The notes: a model not told the origin generated them from the sequence alone. 64,000 nucleotides of DNA from Octopus sinensis (GCF_006345805.1 NC_043000.1:64232001-64296000), one strand, 5' to 3'. Positions 25,615 to 38,600 are shown, numbered from the stretch's first letter. Translations and numbers: made by a program.

Positions 25615-26636
25615 TGTTGACCTATGAAGGCAAGCATGCTGATTAAGTCTTTCCTAAGCCTGTCTAGTGTATGGCCGCTTGCTCCCCTAGAGATGGCCAG
25701 GGTGTTATCTCTGCAGAGGTCAAAGAGGACAGAGGGGAACTTTTTCCTAAGGGTATTTAGCATATATATAACCCAATGAAGTCACATATGTCAGCACTTC
25801 CATTATTACATCAAAGGAGCCTGTGAGATCAGATTACTTGACCCATGCCAAACCTTTGTTGGACAGCACTGTCTTTCTGGCATGCATGATAATGCGACAG
25901 AGATGTAGAAATTATTATGCATGCCAGAAAGACTGCTGTTCAACAAAGGTTTGGCATGGGTCAAGCAATCCAACCCCATAGGCTCCTTTGACATAGCGAT
26001 GGGAACCTGTGACAGTGCTGACATATGCAACCTTATCAGGTTGTATATCCTAGATACCCTAAGGAAAAAGCCCCCCTCTGTCCTCTTTAGCCTCTACAGT
26101 GATGACACCCTGGCTATCTCTAGGCAAGCAAGTGGCCATACACTAGACAGGCTTAGGAAAGACTTAATTAGTGCGCTTGCCTCCATGGGATTGAAGATCA
26201 CCATAGAGGCCAACCTCACAACAGCTTCTTAGACATCACGTTTGGGCTTTGGTACTTACAGCAAACCAAATGAGAAGCTAACATATATCAACACAGCCTC
26301 CTGTCACTCACCCATTATGTTCAAGAACCTGGTAAAGGGTGTTTAGTAAGAGGATTTCAAGCCTTTCTTCTAACCAAGAGGCCTTCAACACAACAGTCCT
26401 GTACTATAACGAGGCTCTAGCTGCCAGTGGATTTAGGAACAGCATTTCCTATATGCCTTAACCCAACAGTCATAGAAGGAAGTGCCAAAGAAATAGTTTG
26501 GTTTCCCCTCACCTTCTCTCTTAACACAATAACACACTTAAATTAAAAAAGCATTTCACTAGCTCCCATAGGTACAGGCCCATTTCCAATAGGCACAACG
26601 TTAGGGTCTCATTTTGCTGTGCCCCCAATATTGAAT

Positions 26637-27059
26637 TTAATTAGGGTAAGGTGAATTTGAAGTCTTACAGCTGTTTCTGGGTTGGTTAGCATATCCATGT
26701 ACTGGGTATTCCATGATCAGAGACAAGGAATTTTAGACAGGGAAAATTTACAGTTTACAAGGAATAAAATTCACAGTTTATGAAAAATAAAATAGAAGAA
26801 TAAAGAGTAAAAGTAGTTAGAAGAATATAGGCAGGAGAATAATCCTCTGGAAAAAGGTGAGTTGTGAAAATTATTCTCCTGCCTATATTCTTCTAACTAC
26901 TTTTACTCTTTATTCTTCTATTTTATTCCTTGTAAACTGTAAATTTTCCCCATCTAAAATATTCATACCTTGTCTCAGATGACAGAATACCTGGTGCATG
27001 GATATGCTAACCAGCTACTTGGGATATCCCAGAAACAGCTGTAGACTTCAAATTCACCT
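26637..27059. mobile_element. Palindromic MITE, same family, inside the Naiad
   Basis: GGTGAATTTGAAGTCTTACAGCTGTTTCTGGG ... CCCAGAAACAGCTGTAGACTTCAAATTCACC. Confidence 0.8.
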
Positions 27060-28994
27060 CTGTCCTCTTTGGCCTCTACAGAGATGACACCTTGGCCATC
27101 TCTAGGGGAGCAAGCGGCCATACACTTAGACAGGCTTAGGAAAGACTTAATCAGTGCACTTTCCTCCATGGGATTGAAGATCACCATAGAGACCAACCTC
27201 ACAACAGCGGACTTCTTAGATGTCACACTCGACTTAGGCTCCAGTATTTACAGGCCCTACTGCAAACCAAATGAGAGGCTAACATACATCAACGTTGCCT
27301 TTTGTCACCCACCATCATGTTCAAGAACCTGGTAGAGGGTGTTAGTAAGAGGATTTTGAGTCTTTCCTCTAACCAAGAGGCCTTTGACACAGTGGCCCCA
27401 TACTATAATGAGGCCCTAGCTGCCAGCAGATTTAGGGACAGCATTTCCTATATGTCACAACCCAACAGCCACAGAAGGAAGCACCACAGGAATACAATTT
27501 GGTTTCCTTCACCTTCTCCCTTAGCACATAGGTAGACTGTTCCTTAAATTAAAAAAAGCATTTCACTAGTTCCCATAGGTATGGGCCCATTTCCAACAGG
27601 CACAACATTTGGGTCTCGTTTAGCTGTGTCTCCAATATTAAGAGCATCTTAGTTACAACCCCTAAGCCACAGGAAGAGGCAGGTTGTTCATGCAGGAACC
27701 GCAACAGTTGCCTGGTAGGAGGCCACTGTGAAACCAAAAGGGTCGTCTATCAAACCAAAGTACTAGTAAACACTGCCAGTACCATCAGCAGAAACAATAG
27801 CAGCCGTAGACATGAGAACAGAGCCAACAACACTGCAACCATCGCTGAAGTGGACAGCATTAGATGCACTGACAAGCACCCCCAACAACACCATCACTAA
27901 CAACAACAGTAGCATCATCATCAATACCAGCCTTACCAATAGCTTCCCTGATGTCCACAGGTGCAGACCTAACAACATCCACACTAGCAAACCTGACAGC
28001 CCCTATAATAGCAGTAGCAACAGGTCTAATTCCATCACCAGGTATAACAGCAACAACAGCGGCAGCAGTGGTCCTAGTAAAAATACCAGCACAACCACGG
28101 CTAATGACACCTCTAGCAGCTCCCCACCATTGGCAAAGACTGCAAAAATAATAGTAATAACAACAACAGTGCCTTCTCCATAACCAGCAGTGGTGATAAC
28201 ATTACCAAAGCCATCGTTGCCAACACCAGAAGCCCCAGCTCCAACAACAGGTACTGCAATGGCAACACACGCAAGGGCAATAACATTACTGATGCCACCA
28301 CCACCTCCAGCATCAATAAGAGCACCACTGGCTACGGCAATTCAAGAATTTGGACCTGAAGATCTCCATTTCCAGCGACTTTGAGGACCAACTCCCAGTG
28401 GTGTCGGGTGTCAATGAAGAGCCTTCGACTATAAGATGACTGATGTTTTTTTTTTCCAACGTCTGGGGTCTCCTGCTCCTAAGCCCTAAACCATCGCCTA
28501 ATCACCCTTACCCATCTTGTTGCTTAACAACAACAACAGCAGCAACAGGTCCAGCACCAACAACACATGCCCACAGAAATACATCGGATGTACTGGGAAT
28601 TCTCTCAATGCCTTTCCAACCATAAATCCTCCTTCAGAGTTCTGTAAAAGAGATATGGAACATAGCTGGCCAGTCATGTCAGGCAACTAAGAGACAATGA
28701 GATCCCATACTCGATCTCATGGAAAATCCTCGAAAACCCTGGTCCCTACAACAATGGGATGAAGTGTTGCAAGTTATGCATAGCTGAACATGCAAGAATC
28801 CTAAAAGACTCGCTTGATTCAGAGAGCATCCTTAACTCCAGAACAGAGACTTTCGGGCCATGTTTACACTTCAGGAAATTCCTGCTCGCGTTTTGGAATC
28901 TGCAAGATGGTGGCATAGCCGGAGATAATCCCCTATTGTTTATCTTTGTAGTGAGGCCTTCCCCCTCCATATTTTGAAGAGGTCTTAGGCAACA

Positions 28995-29068
28995 GGTTTT
29001 GGCGTCTGACGATACGCCATAAAGCTAAACCCTTCTTGGATAGGTAACCCATGGTAATCTCATAAACT
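28995..29068 (+). ncRNA. Type I hammerhead ribozyme relic, core mutated (GAAA to GTAA)
   Basis: CTGACGA at 29006-12, GTAAC at 29044-48, CCATGG palindrome, GTA at 29054-56; inverted homolog of 25541-25614. Confidence 0.65.
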
Positions 29069-29166
29069 GGCCTTCCCCATTAAAATATAAACTGCTCTGC
29101 ATCTAATAGTGTGCTTCTTCTCCAGATTTATATCTTCTACAAAAGATTATATATATATATATATAT

Positions 29167-29803
29167 GGGCTTGTACAACGGATGGATGAGGAGAGATGTT
29201 TGAAGAAGTACCACTCCCAAACAGTTGAAGGAATCTGGGGTAGAGGAAGACATGGGATGAGGTGGTTGAGCAAGACCTTCGAACGTTGGGTCTCACAGAG
29301 GCGATGACAAAAAACCGAGACCTCTGGAGATATGCTGTGAGTGCGAAGACCCGACAAATAATGTAAGTCCATGGCTGTTTCCTGCACCAGCTTCACATAG
29401 AAGCCCCAGCCCATCCAAAGTACCTTGGATCGCAGGACGGCCTGCTGTGCTTACCTTGGATTGTAGGGTGACCTGCTGTGCTTGAGGAGACCTTTGAGTC
29501 AAGTACATCAACATCAAAAAAATCAAATGGAAATTGTAGTTGTGATACCTGTGCCGGTGGCACGTAAAAAGCACCACCTGTACGTGGCCGATGCCAGTGC
29601 TGCCTTGACTGGCTTCCGTGCCAGTGGCACGAAAAAAGAACCCACTACACTCACGGAGTGGTTGGCGTTAGGAAGGGCATCCAGCTATAGAAACACTGCC
29701 AGATCAGACTGGAGCCTGGTGCAGTCACTTGGCTTCCCAGACCCCAGTCGAACTATCTAGCCCATGCTAGCATGGAAAACGGACATTAAACGATGATGAT
29801 GGT
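29167..29803 (+). mobile_element. RTE LINE 3' end with (GAT)n tail
   Basis: RMDEERCLKK...GRGR.TWDEV coding relic, then the GGAGTGGTTGGCGTTAGGAAGGGCATCCAGC...CCCATGCTAGCATGGAAA...GATGATGAT tail. Confidence 0.8.
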
Positions 29804-31209
29804 GATATATATACATATAAATTTGACAAGGGCAGTTCTTTCTTGTCTTGGGATTCACAGTCAAACGGCTGCATGGAACTGCACAAAAAATTACACAGAT
29901 GTGTAGAATGATCCGGTGGTGTTGCTGGGCTTTGTATTTTTTCATTGCACCCATGGTTACCAAGATAATCTACAATAATAATACTCTTGTGTTTATGAAT
30001 GAGAAAGGAAGGGGTGATGTCATACTTGGTAGTGGGATGATGAAAATAGTACGCTGAAAAAATAAATCAAACAGCATTTCAAATTTGTGTAAATATATGT
30101 GTGTGTATGTAAAAGGGGGTATGTGAATGTGGGTGCACGAGCAATGGAAGTGGGATTTTTTGTGAAGTCTTTTTACAAATGCCCATAACATTCAAACAGT
30201 TTGTTTTTGAGACAATAATAAGTATCAGCCACAATGTAGATTTACAACTGTTTCTGAAATAATTCATTTGTAATTTAAGAACAGGATATTGTAGCTGTAA
30301 ATAAATATAAATGATCTACATTATTTATAGAAACAGAATTAAAACCATGTGGTTTATTTAAAAAGATAAAAAGACAAAAAGACAAACAACAATATAACAA
30401 TAACAAAGCAAGTTTCACAAAATAGTTGTTTAATTCAGATTACTCCTCAATTTAGGACAGATAATATTTCCCCAATGGTCATCAGTTTACTGAATTTTAT
30501 ATTGTTTAAACATACTCATAACAAGATGAAGTTATCCTTTGAATAAATTATATTTCCTAAAAGCTTTCTTCCATAGTAAATCATGGTAAATATGTTCAAC
30601 AGATATACATATATATATATAAAGTAGATATATATATATATAAGTAGATATATATATAACACGTGTGTATCATGAATATGTGCATTTGTATATGTCCATT
30701 GATTAAACAAAAGATACAAGTGTAGCCAATTGAATTAATGCAGTACACATAAGTTATACCTCATCTTGATAGGTAAGGCAAGAAAATTTGAATTCAGAAC
30801 TAGAGGCACTGAAATAACAAATAAAACAAATAGCCAGGGTCCCTTAAGTGAATGTCAACTCACACACTCTCCTTCTCTCTCTCACTCTCTCTCTCTCTCT
30901 CAACACACACACACAAACACTAAATCAGGAAAAAAATAATTACATATATATATACTGGCATTTCCCAAAATGTACAACAATCTTTATCCCGTATTGTTCA
31001 TTTCATACCAAATGGCAACATATTATTTAATCACTGATTTTATACAACATGTACAGCATTTTGTTTGCTCTAAATAGCAAGATTTGTAAAATGTGGATCA
31101 CATATTCTCATATGTTGCTTCGTTAATCCATATGTATGGCATCATGCCGATCAACTGCTGAACAGACATCTTATGTAAATAATTTTCGTGAAGAGTAATC
31201 CTGTTCTAG

Positions 31210-31233
31210 TCATTTGGCCAGAAGATGATCAAT
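31210..31233 (-). CDS. TMF1: TMF1 terminal coding exon (24 nt to stop)
   Basis: TTTCAG|ATT GAT CAT CTT CTG GCC AAA TGA = IDHLLAK*. Confidence 0.92.
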   Translation of the reverse strand: MDHLLAK

Positions 31234-34200
31234 CTGAAACACAAAACAGAAAAAGAGATTAGTAAATAACTAACCTGAAAAACCTCTTAAAACAAAAACA
31301 TCATCTGTAAATTTTTTGGCAATAGTATAGCAAGTTGTTGGACTGGTAAGCTTTCAGTTTGGTAGTTTTAACTAATTATTGCTTCTAGTCTCTACTGTGT
31401 TCAACTTGCATTAAAATTAGCATAAAAAACGTGATTTCCTTTTTAAAGATGGTAAGCTAATCTGCTGAGGGAGTTTTAAACAGGTTGAACATATAGGCAC
31501 AGGCGTGACTGTGTGGTAAGAAGTTGGTTTCCTAATCATCTGCTTCTGGGCTCAGTCCCACTGTGTGGCACCTTGGGCAACATTAAAGTTAATTGCAGAA
31601 ATTAATAAAATATTTGAGAGATAGCGGACTATTATTTATTGCGCATATATCATGGGTTTACAATCTACAGTGAGCCATTACAGGGATCACTCCATTTGCT
31701 AGAAATAGCAGCCAAATCTCTCTCAAATTTCACCATACTATTTTGAAAAGGGAGGGACTCATTAGATAATATAGTCCAATATACACAATGCCTGATAAAG
31801 GTACAGTATGGTTATAGCTGAAATGCAATTGATCACAGGCCCACTCTGATGTTAAATGACAATAATAGTTCACAGGGTTCGAGGCGGCCAGCTAGCAGAA
31901 TTGTTAGATTACTGGGCAAGCTGCTTAGCAGCTTTTCATCCATCTCTATGTTCTGAGTTCAAATTCTGCCATAGTTGACTTTGCCTTTCAGGGTCAATAA
32001 AATAAGAGCGAGTTGCGCACTGGGGTTGATTTAATTGACTTGGACCCTCTCTCAAAACTGCTGTTCAAAATTTGAAACTAATATTTCACAGTTTTTTAAA
32101 ATTATTTTTCTTAGTATGTGAACTATTCTTACTTGGTCCTTGTACATCTTTTTAATATCTTGCAAATCCATACGCAGTTCTTCAGCTTCTTCAACTTTTT
32201 CACCATACATTTGTAAAAGAGCATTATATCGCTGATACAATTCCTGTTAAAAACAAAATTTATAAGATGAACAACATAATCTGTCAACACCAACAGGAAG
32301 CTATTCACTACTGACAAGAACATCATCCAGCAAACCAAAATACTCTGCATTCTAATTCATTATTGAAACAACTTTTTAACTATTTTGAATCCTCTTTAAA
32401 CATAGCTGCAGGAATGGGTGCATGGGTTCAGAAGCTCACTTGCCAACTATGTGGTTTCAGGTTCTGTCCTACTATAGCCCTTGGCCAACAAATGGTTGGT
32501 GGACAGAAACTGTGTGAAAACCCATTGTGTGTGTTTATGTATCTTTGTGTTTGTATTTAGCCCAACACTGTTTGACAACTAATGTTGGTTTGTTTATGTC
32601 CTTGTAATTCAGCAGTTTGGCACAGAGCAAAAGAATAAGTAGTGGACTTAAAAATATAAATACTGGGGTTAATTAATTTCAAACCTTCAAAGCAGTGCCC
32701 CAGCATGGCCACAATTTAATGATTGAGAAGAGTAAAAGATAAAACAGTATTCATTATTATCAGCAAATCATTACGAGAGCTACATTCATTTTATCATCAT
32801 CATCATCTTCTAGCATCCATTCTCCATGCTGGTATGGGTTGGATGGCTTGATAGGAATTGGCTAGCTGAAGGGTTGCCTGGGCTCCATTTGTGGTAGTTT
32901 GGCATGATTTCTACAGCTGGATGCCCTTCCTAATGACAACTAGTTTACGGAGAATATTGGGTGCTTTTATATGGCACCAGCGAAGGTATTTTTACATGGC
33001 ACCAGCACTCATGAGCTTGCAAGATAAAAGTTGCTATATTTTACATAAATACCATTTACTTAAGCATACTGGATGGAAAAAGATAACTTTTGTACTTACA
33101 GAATGCTTTTCTTTGATCTCTGGAAGTTCTGTTACCTGTTCTTGAAGATTATCATTTAAGTTTGAAAGATTAACCAGTTCTCTAGCCATAGATTCTCTGG
33201 TCCTTTCAAGTTGACTAATATCATCCTATAATGAAAAATAAAAGAACTGCAACATTTAGCAAATAACTTTTATTGTAGTACAACTGTTGTGTACAGATTC
33301 ATAGTATAATTATTGATTCTTATCACGGGTCAAAACCATCAAATTTTGGGATTGGGACACTGACTCTAAAATTTTTGACAAATATCAACTTTATATGGTC
33401 TGGCATTCTGTCAGTTGTGATGATGAGTGTTCCAGTTGGTTCAATCAATAGAACAACCTACTCATGAAAACAATGTGCAAGTGGCTGAGCACTCCACAGA
33501 CACACATATCCTTAATGTAGTTCTCAGGGAGATACAGCATGGCACAGAAATTTCAAACTTTCAAAATACAGACCTTGATGTTAATTTCTTTTTCATAAAT
33601 GTTAACAACTAATTCTGGCAAAACTTGATTAAATTATATAGTCCGTGGAAATTAGAGTTACTTTGTGAAACAGCAAAAATCAATCAAGAAACACTTAAAA
33701 AAAGAACTAGAAATAATTACTTGTAGCTGAGTTATTTCTCCTTCTTTCTGTTTCAGTTGCGACTGTAGATTCTCAAGTAAATTAGCAGCTCCACCTCCTC
33801 CTTGACGTAAATGTTCATAGAGGCTAGATTTACTTCCACTAGCTGATGTGCTTACAAACAATAAGCTTTTGTCTAGATCATCCTGAAAAGAAAGTGTTCT
33901 GTTAATTACTGTATAATGTTCAAATAATATATTTATCAAGACATTGATGGAGCCCTACATGGTCAGTTAGTCTGTTAGAAATAGCAATCCAATCATCTTC
34001 AGATCACACTACTGTCTTCAAAAAGTAGAGGTATATTGGATGAGGTGGCTCATAAAGGATTCCTCAAACCAAAAGGTACTCCCCATATTAGTGAAATTTT
34101 TTGCCACCCCAACACTTCATTAATAAAAAAACAAAATAGAGTTACAGCAAGTGACCTGATCTGAGACCATGTGCTGAAACAAAAACAATTGCAGCGTGGA

Positions 34201-35593
34201 AGGTGCTTATAAGCCATTTAAAAACACATGAAACCTGTTAGATTCACTTCAACATTTAAATTTAATTTGTCAAAATATTTTCATTGCCTTGAGACCATGA
34301 CCTGTTCTCTGGCAAAATTCTGTGCTGCATGGAATTTTGTCAGTGAACAGGTCGTGGTCTCAAAGTGACAAATTAAATTTAATGTTAAAGCGAATCTAAT
34401 TAATGGCTTTTGTGTGTTTTTAAATGGCTTATAAACACCTTCCATGCTGCAAAATAGAGTTAGCGTCTATCTAATTCTTCTTTCTTTACTATAGAGTTAG
34501 GCATGTTTAAAAAGCTTAAAGCCATCTTAATTTTATTGACCCTTTAAAAGTGAAATAAAATTTCATGAATATTCCTGTAATGATATTAAAAATTTACCAA
34601 AAGATAGATTTGGTATTTCTACAAGTCACATGTCCCTCAATAAATTTGACATATCTCACTAAAAAAAAGTTTCAAACATGACATTCCTCAGCAAAAGTTG
34701 GACTGGTATATAAACTGCATTTCACAGTTAAGAATAACAAAATTTTGCATGGATGTATCTGATTTTCACAGTAAAAGAGTTACTCAAAGCAACCCTTACA
34801 GTACCCATGAGAAATACTGGTTTGGGGAAAAGATACAATAGGATGGAACATCTTTGGTCATATTGTACATCAGCTTGACCAAGATGGATCTTGAGTTAAA
34901 CAACAGCAACAACAAAACTATTTCCTAAGAAAAGCTAAGAGATACGGAAACCTTCAGAACTAGCAAAATACTAACATTATTTTGTAATCTAGATCCTAAA
35001 GTTTAGTGATAGTAGTAACTGTAGAATCTAATCTCTGGCATGTCATTTAATTTTTAAGAAATAATTAAAAAGTCATTAGAGTAAGATTATTAACAAAATA
35101 TTATATAGATGTATTCATAATGTTATCTAAATTTTAAATATATTTGCATATATAGGGATCACAGTGACAGAGGTGTAAGAACATCCAGTAGAATACCTAG
35201 CTGTATATGTTCTGAGTTCTGACACTGTATTCTGAGACCAAATCCTACCTTTCTTCCTTTCAAGGTTAATTTTTAAAAAACCCACAAAAAAAGACAAAAA
35301 AATCCAGAGTTGGTGTAACTGGAAGAACACTGGATCAGATGCCTTGTGGTATTTGTTCTTGCTTTCTACATTCTGTGTTCAAATCTTGTCATGGTCTATT
35401 TGTGTGGTAGACTGAATCTGTTCTCCAGTTTAGCACTAGTTTCTTGGGTACCTTTTTATATAGCCCACTCTGTTGCAAGCATTCAGGCTAAGTCTCCAGT
35501 TTGGAAAATTCCTTCCTCTCCCCACACCCTCCCTCCCACAAGTCTTGGTGGCCCCTGTAAAGGCTAATACGCACTGTCTACTCCCAGACTAGA

Positions 35594-35632
<39 letters not shown>

Positions 35633-38600
35633 GAAGTTAAAAATACTAATAGAGGGAAGTATTACCTGTGATAGGCCACTGGCCGATAATGAATTGGTCA
35701 TTGAGATTGATGTGGCTTCTATAGGGTTATTAGGACTAGTCCGATTGGATGATATAGGTGAAGGGCTTCCCCGACTGTAGAAGTTTTTCTCCTGAAATCA
35801 AAACACATATGCTATTAATAGTAGTTCAAAGAACTGGTACACATAGTAGAAAAAATTTGTTTGAGTAAAATTTATGAAAATGACCGAAGGGAGAGAAATA
35901 ATAGAAACAAGAAACATGTAACGGTCCTGATTACAATTCGTATTCTGATCACAAAAATATTCAGTTAATATATATGTATATTTAAATACAAGAGGCAAAT
36001 AGTTGTGAGACTAAGGTAGTGGATTAAGGTTTAAACCTTACTGTTGTAGCCTTCATATTGCTCCAGTTGTCTGACTGATAGGTGCCACTCTCTACTTCAC
36101 ATTTGAAAAATTAGCACCAGACAAAGCTTTCAGCTGTAAAACTATTTGCTTAAAAAAAACCCCCAAAATACACACTCACAAACTTTCAGACCAAATCAAA
36201 TTTGTATGTGTGTGTAGGTATGTGCCTGTGTGGTAAAAAGTTTGCTTCCAAATCACATGATTTCAGGTTCAGTCACACTGCATGGCACCCTGAGCTGACA
36301 AAAGTTGTGTATGTTACTGCCTTCCTGCCTTCATTGATATCACATGATAGTTATTATAAGTGAGTGTTATCATCTTGCAAAATGGTGCCCTTCGCTTCTA
36401 ATCTTCCAAGACGTATAGTCAAGGGGAAATATTACCTTACTTGGAAACAAGTGATAGTTGGCAACTGAAAGGGCATCTGGTCATAGAAAATCCACCTCAA
36501 CAAATTTCATCCAACCCAAGCAAGCATGGAAAAGTGAACATTAAATACCAATGATAATGAAATAAACACTAATACACATATTTTTTTAATGGCCACTTTT
36601 CCATAGTCAAACAAAATTCGTTGAAGCAGATTTTCTAGAGCTGCGTACTTTTTAACTCTTGTCAACCTTATCTGTTTCCTTTGAACATGACAAACACAAT
36701 AATCAGGTATGTTTCCATGGAAGCGTGCAAACAGATACTGCCTGTATAGGCGTGACATTATTTACAATCAGTATGCAATATCAAGGCAAGGAGATATGAA
36801 TACACACACACATATACATAATGGGCTTGTTTCAGTTTCCATCTACCAAATCCACTCATAAGTCTTTAGTCAGCTCAGGCCTACAGTAGGTCTTATAAAG
36901 ATTTTGGGCAAATGTCTTCTATTATAGCCTACAGCCAACTGAAGTCTTCAGAGTGGATTTGGTGGATGGAAACCGAAAGAAGCCATGGTGTGTGTGTGTT
37001 CATATCTCCTTGCCCTGATATTGCATACTAACTGTAAACAAATGACTGCCACACAAGTGGTGTCTATTTGCAATTTTTTGTGAAATTATTTCTGACTATT
37101 GTGCTAATCACGTTTGAAGTACTACAGGAAATATATATATATGTGTGTATATATAAAGACCTTGAAGAGAGAAGGCATGTCATTGGTGATGTTTTGAAGA
37201 GTAACGAAAGGACTTTGACAAACAACTGATTATATGTCAGTCCCTACAAAAAACTCTTTCTCATCCTTTACCGAAGAATTACTTAAAAAACCACATATTG
37301 GGGATCTTCAAAAAGTAAATTCTCCTAATATGTTTCTAAACTAACACTAAAATAAGAAACACTTAAAGACATTCCATTACTAATATCAACTCACTACAGC
37401 TACAAGCTTTCTGTATCTTCTGATTCCAAATAATGTAAACCTTTAATGCAATTATTAAAATCTGTAAGTGGGGTAAGTTGAAATGGGTCAAAACAGTTTG
37501 ATTCAAATTCGTTGGTACTCTTGAGCTTCAAGCGTGATGCTAGTCTTCAGCCATTTTGAATTTGAATGACGGAAGTTGATTGTTATTACCGTAAGGTGGG
37601 CTGTGATTGGTCAAGGTAGGTCACTCAGCGTCGTAGTTTGATGTTGGTATATAGGTAACAGTTAGTTGGAAAATACTGCATGGTGAACAGGAAATTGACC
37701 ACGTGGTGGATAGGAAATCGGTTGGGCTATTGGAGGGGAAGTAGGAAGGGGTGGTATATGCAATTATATAGTTTCATAGGTGGGTGTATAGATGTCTGTA
37801 TTGATACAAGCATGCGCATCTGTACATAGGAGCGCATGCCCACACACATATGAACAAACATGCATGCACACACACACACAGATACAAGTGCATATACACA
37901 TGCATATTCGTTTCTATATACATATGTATATACGCATGCATACCAGTGTGCGCACACATGCATACATGAATATACATGTGCATGACAAAAGTTGGGGATT
38001 GGTATGCGATGGGAATTGGTAAGCGTTGGGGGTTGGTAAGCATTGGGGTTTGTTAATTGTGATCCTGTTCATGGGGTTGGTTGGTGATGGTGCAGAGTAG
38101 CAGCTGGTACTAAGGTGGTATATCCAGGCTGTCGGCAGTGGCTTGTAATTTGCCAGAAGGGCATATCTCTGGTGACAGCAATAAGATAAATTGTATTTCT
38201 TGTTGATGGATATTGCAGATTGTTGGAGGGTATGCAGTGTTTTGATGGAGGCAGAGCTGACAGTTGGGGATGCCGGGTGAATATGGTGGCGCTCTGTTGA
38301 AAACAGTTCACTTGATACTGGGTGTTTCATCTCAGAGGCTATGGAATCTCCAGAGACAAGGAAGAAGAGTTCTCTCTGTCCCTAGATCTGAACAAGTGCA
38401 TATGCTGGAAGTGTCTTCCCTTGAAGCCATTAGCTGTTATGCTTGTATAGTTCCTTGTAATGCCATCAGATGGTGTAAGGGTGGCTCTGTATAATATGGC
38501 CCTTCAGATGCAGGATCCGTCTAGAGGGGACATGGTGGAGTTTCAGCAGTTGCAGGTTGGGGTTGGCGCAGGTGCATTTTTATGTTTGTTGATGCATGCG

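Larger units (their letters stand above)
25526..29085 (+). mobile_element. Penelope-like retroelement (Naiad-type RT + C-terminal GIY-YIG), rearranged and decayed, family A
   Basis: RT motifs FDIAMGTCDSADICNLI, GLYRDDTLA, DFLDVTLDL...YCKPN...HPP; linker NTIWF...KKHF...VSFSC; endonuclease CSC...C...GHC..VVYQ, KYIGCT, SWKIL, CKLCIAE, LNSRTETFGPCLHFRKF. Has frameshifts and ~100-bp inverted termini. Confidence 0.9.

Noticed and set aside
24860-26875. Central spacer is inverted between the two palindromic MITE copies, suggesting an invertible switch
   Set aside because: In a palindromic element the spacer alone defines orientation, so two copies inserted in opposite directions explain it.
36507-36758. 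83-aa minus-strand ORF as a missing TMF1 exon
   Set aside because: The flanking TMF1 exons already join in phase, the ORF has no TMF1-like content, and its end runs into a SINE tail.
38480-38560. In-frame TGA codons near the Cys-rich part of the family B endonuclease as selenocysteine (some Naiads are selenoproteins)
   Set aside because: The TGAs follow the CNC and GSCI motifs rather than replacing cysteines, and look like CGA-to-TGA decay. Family A has TGT/TGC at the equivalent cysteines.
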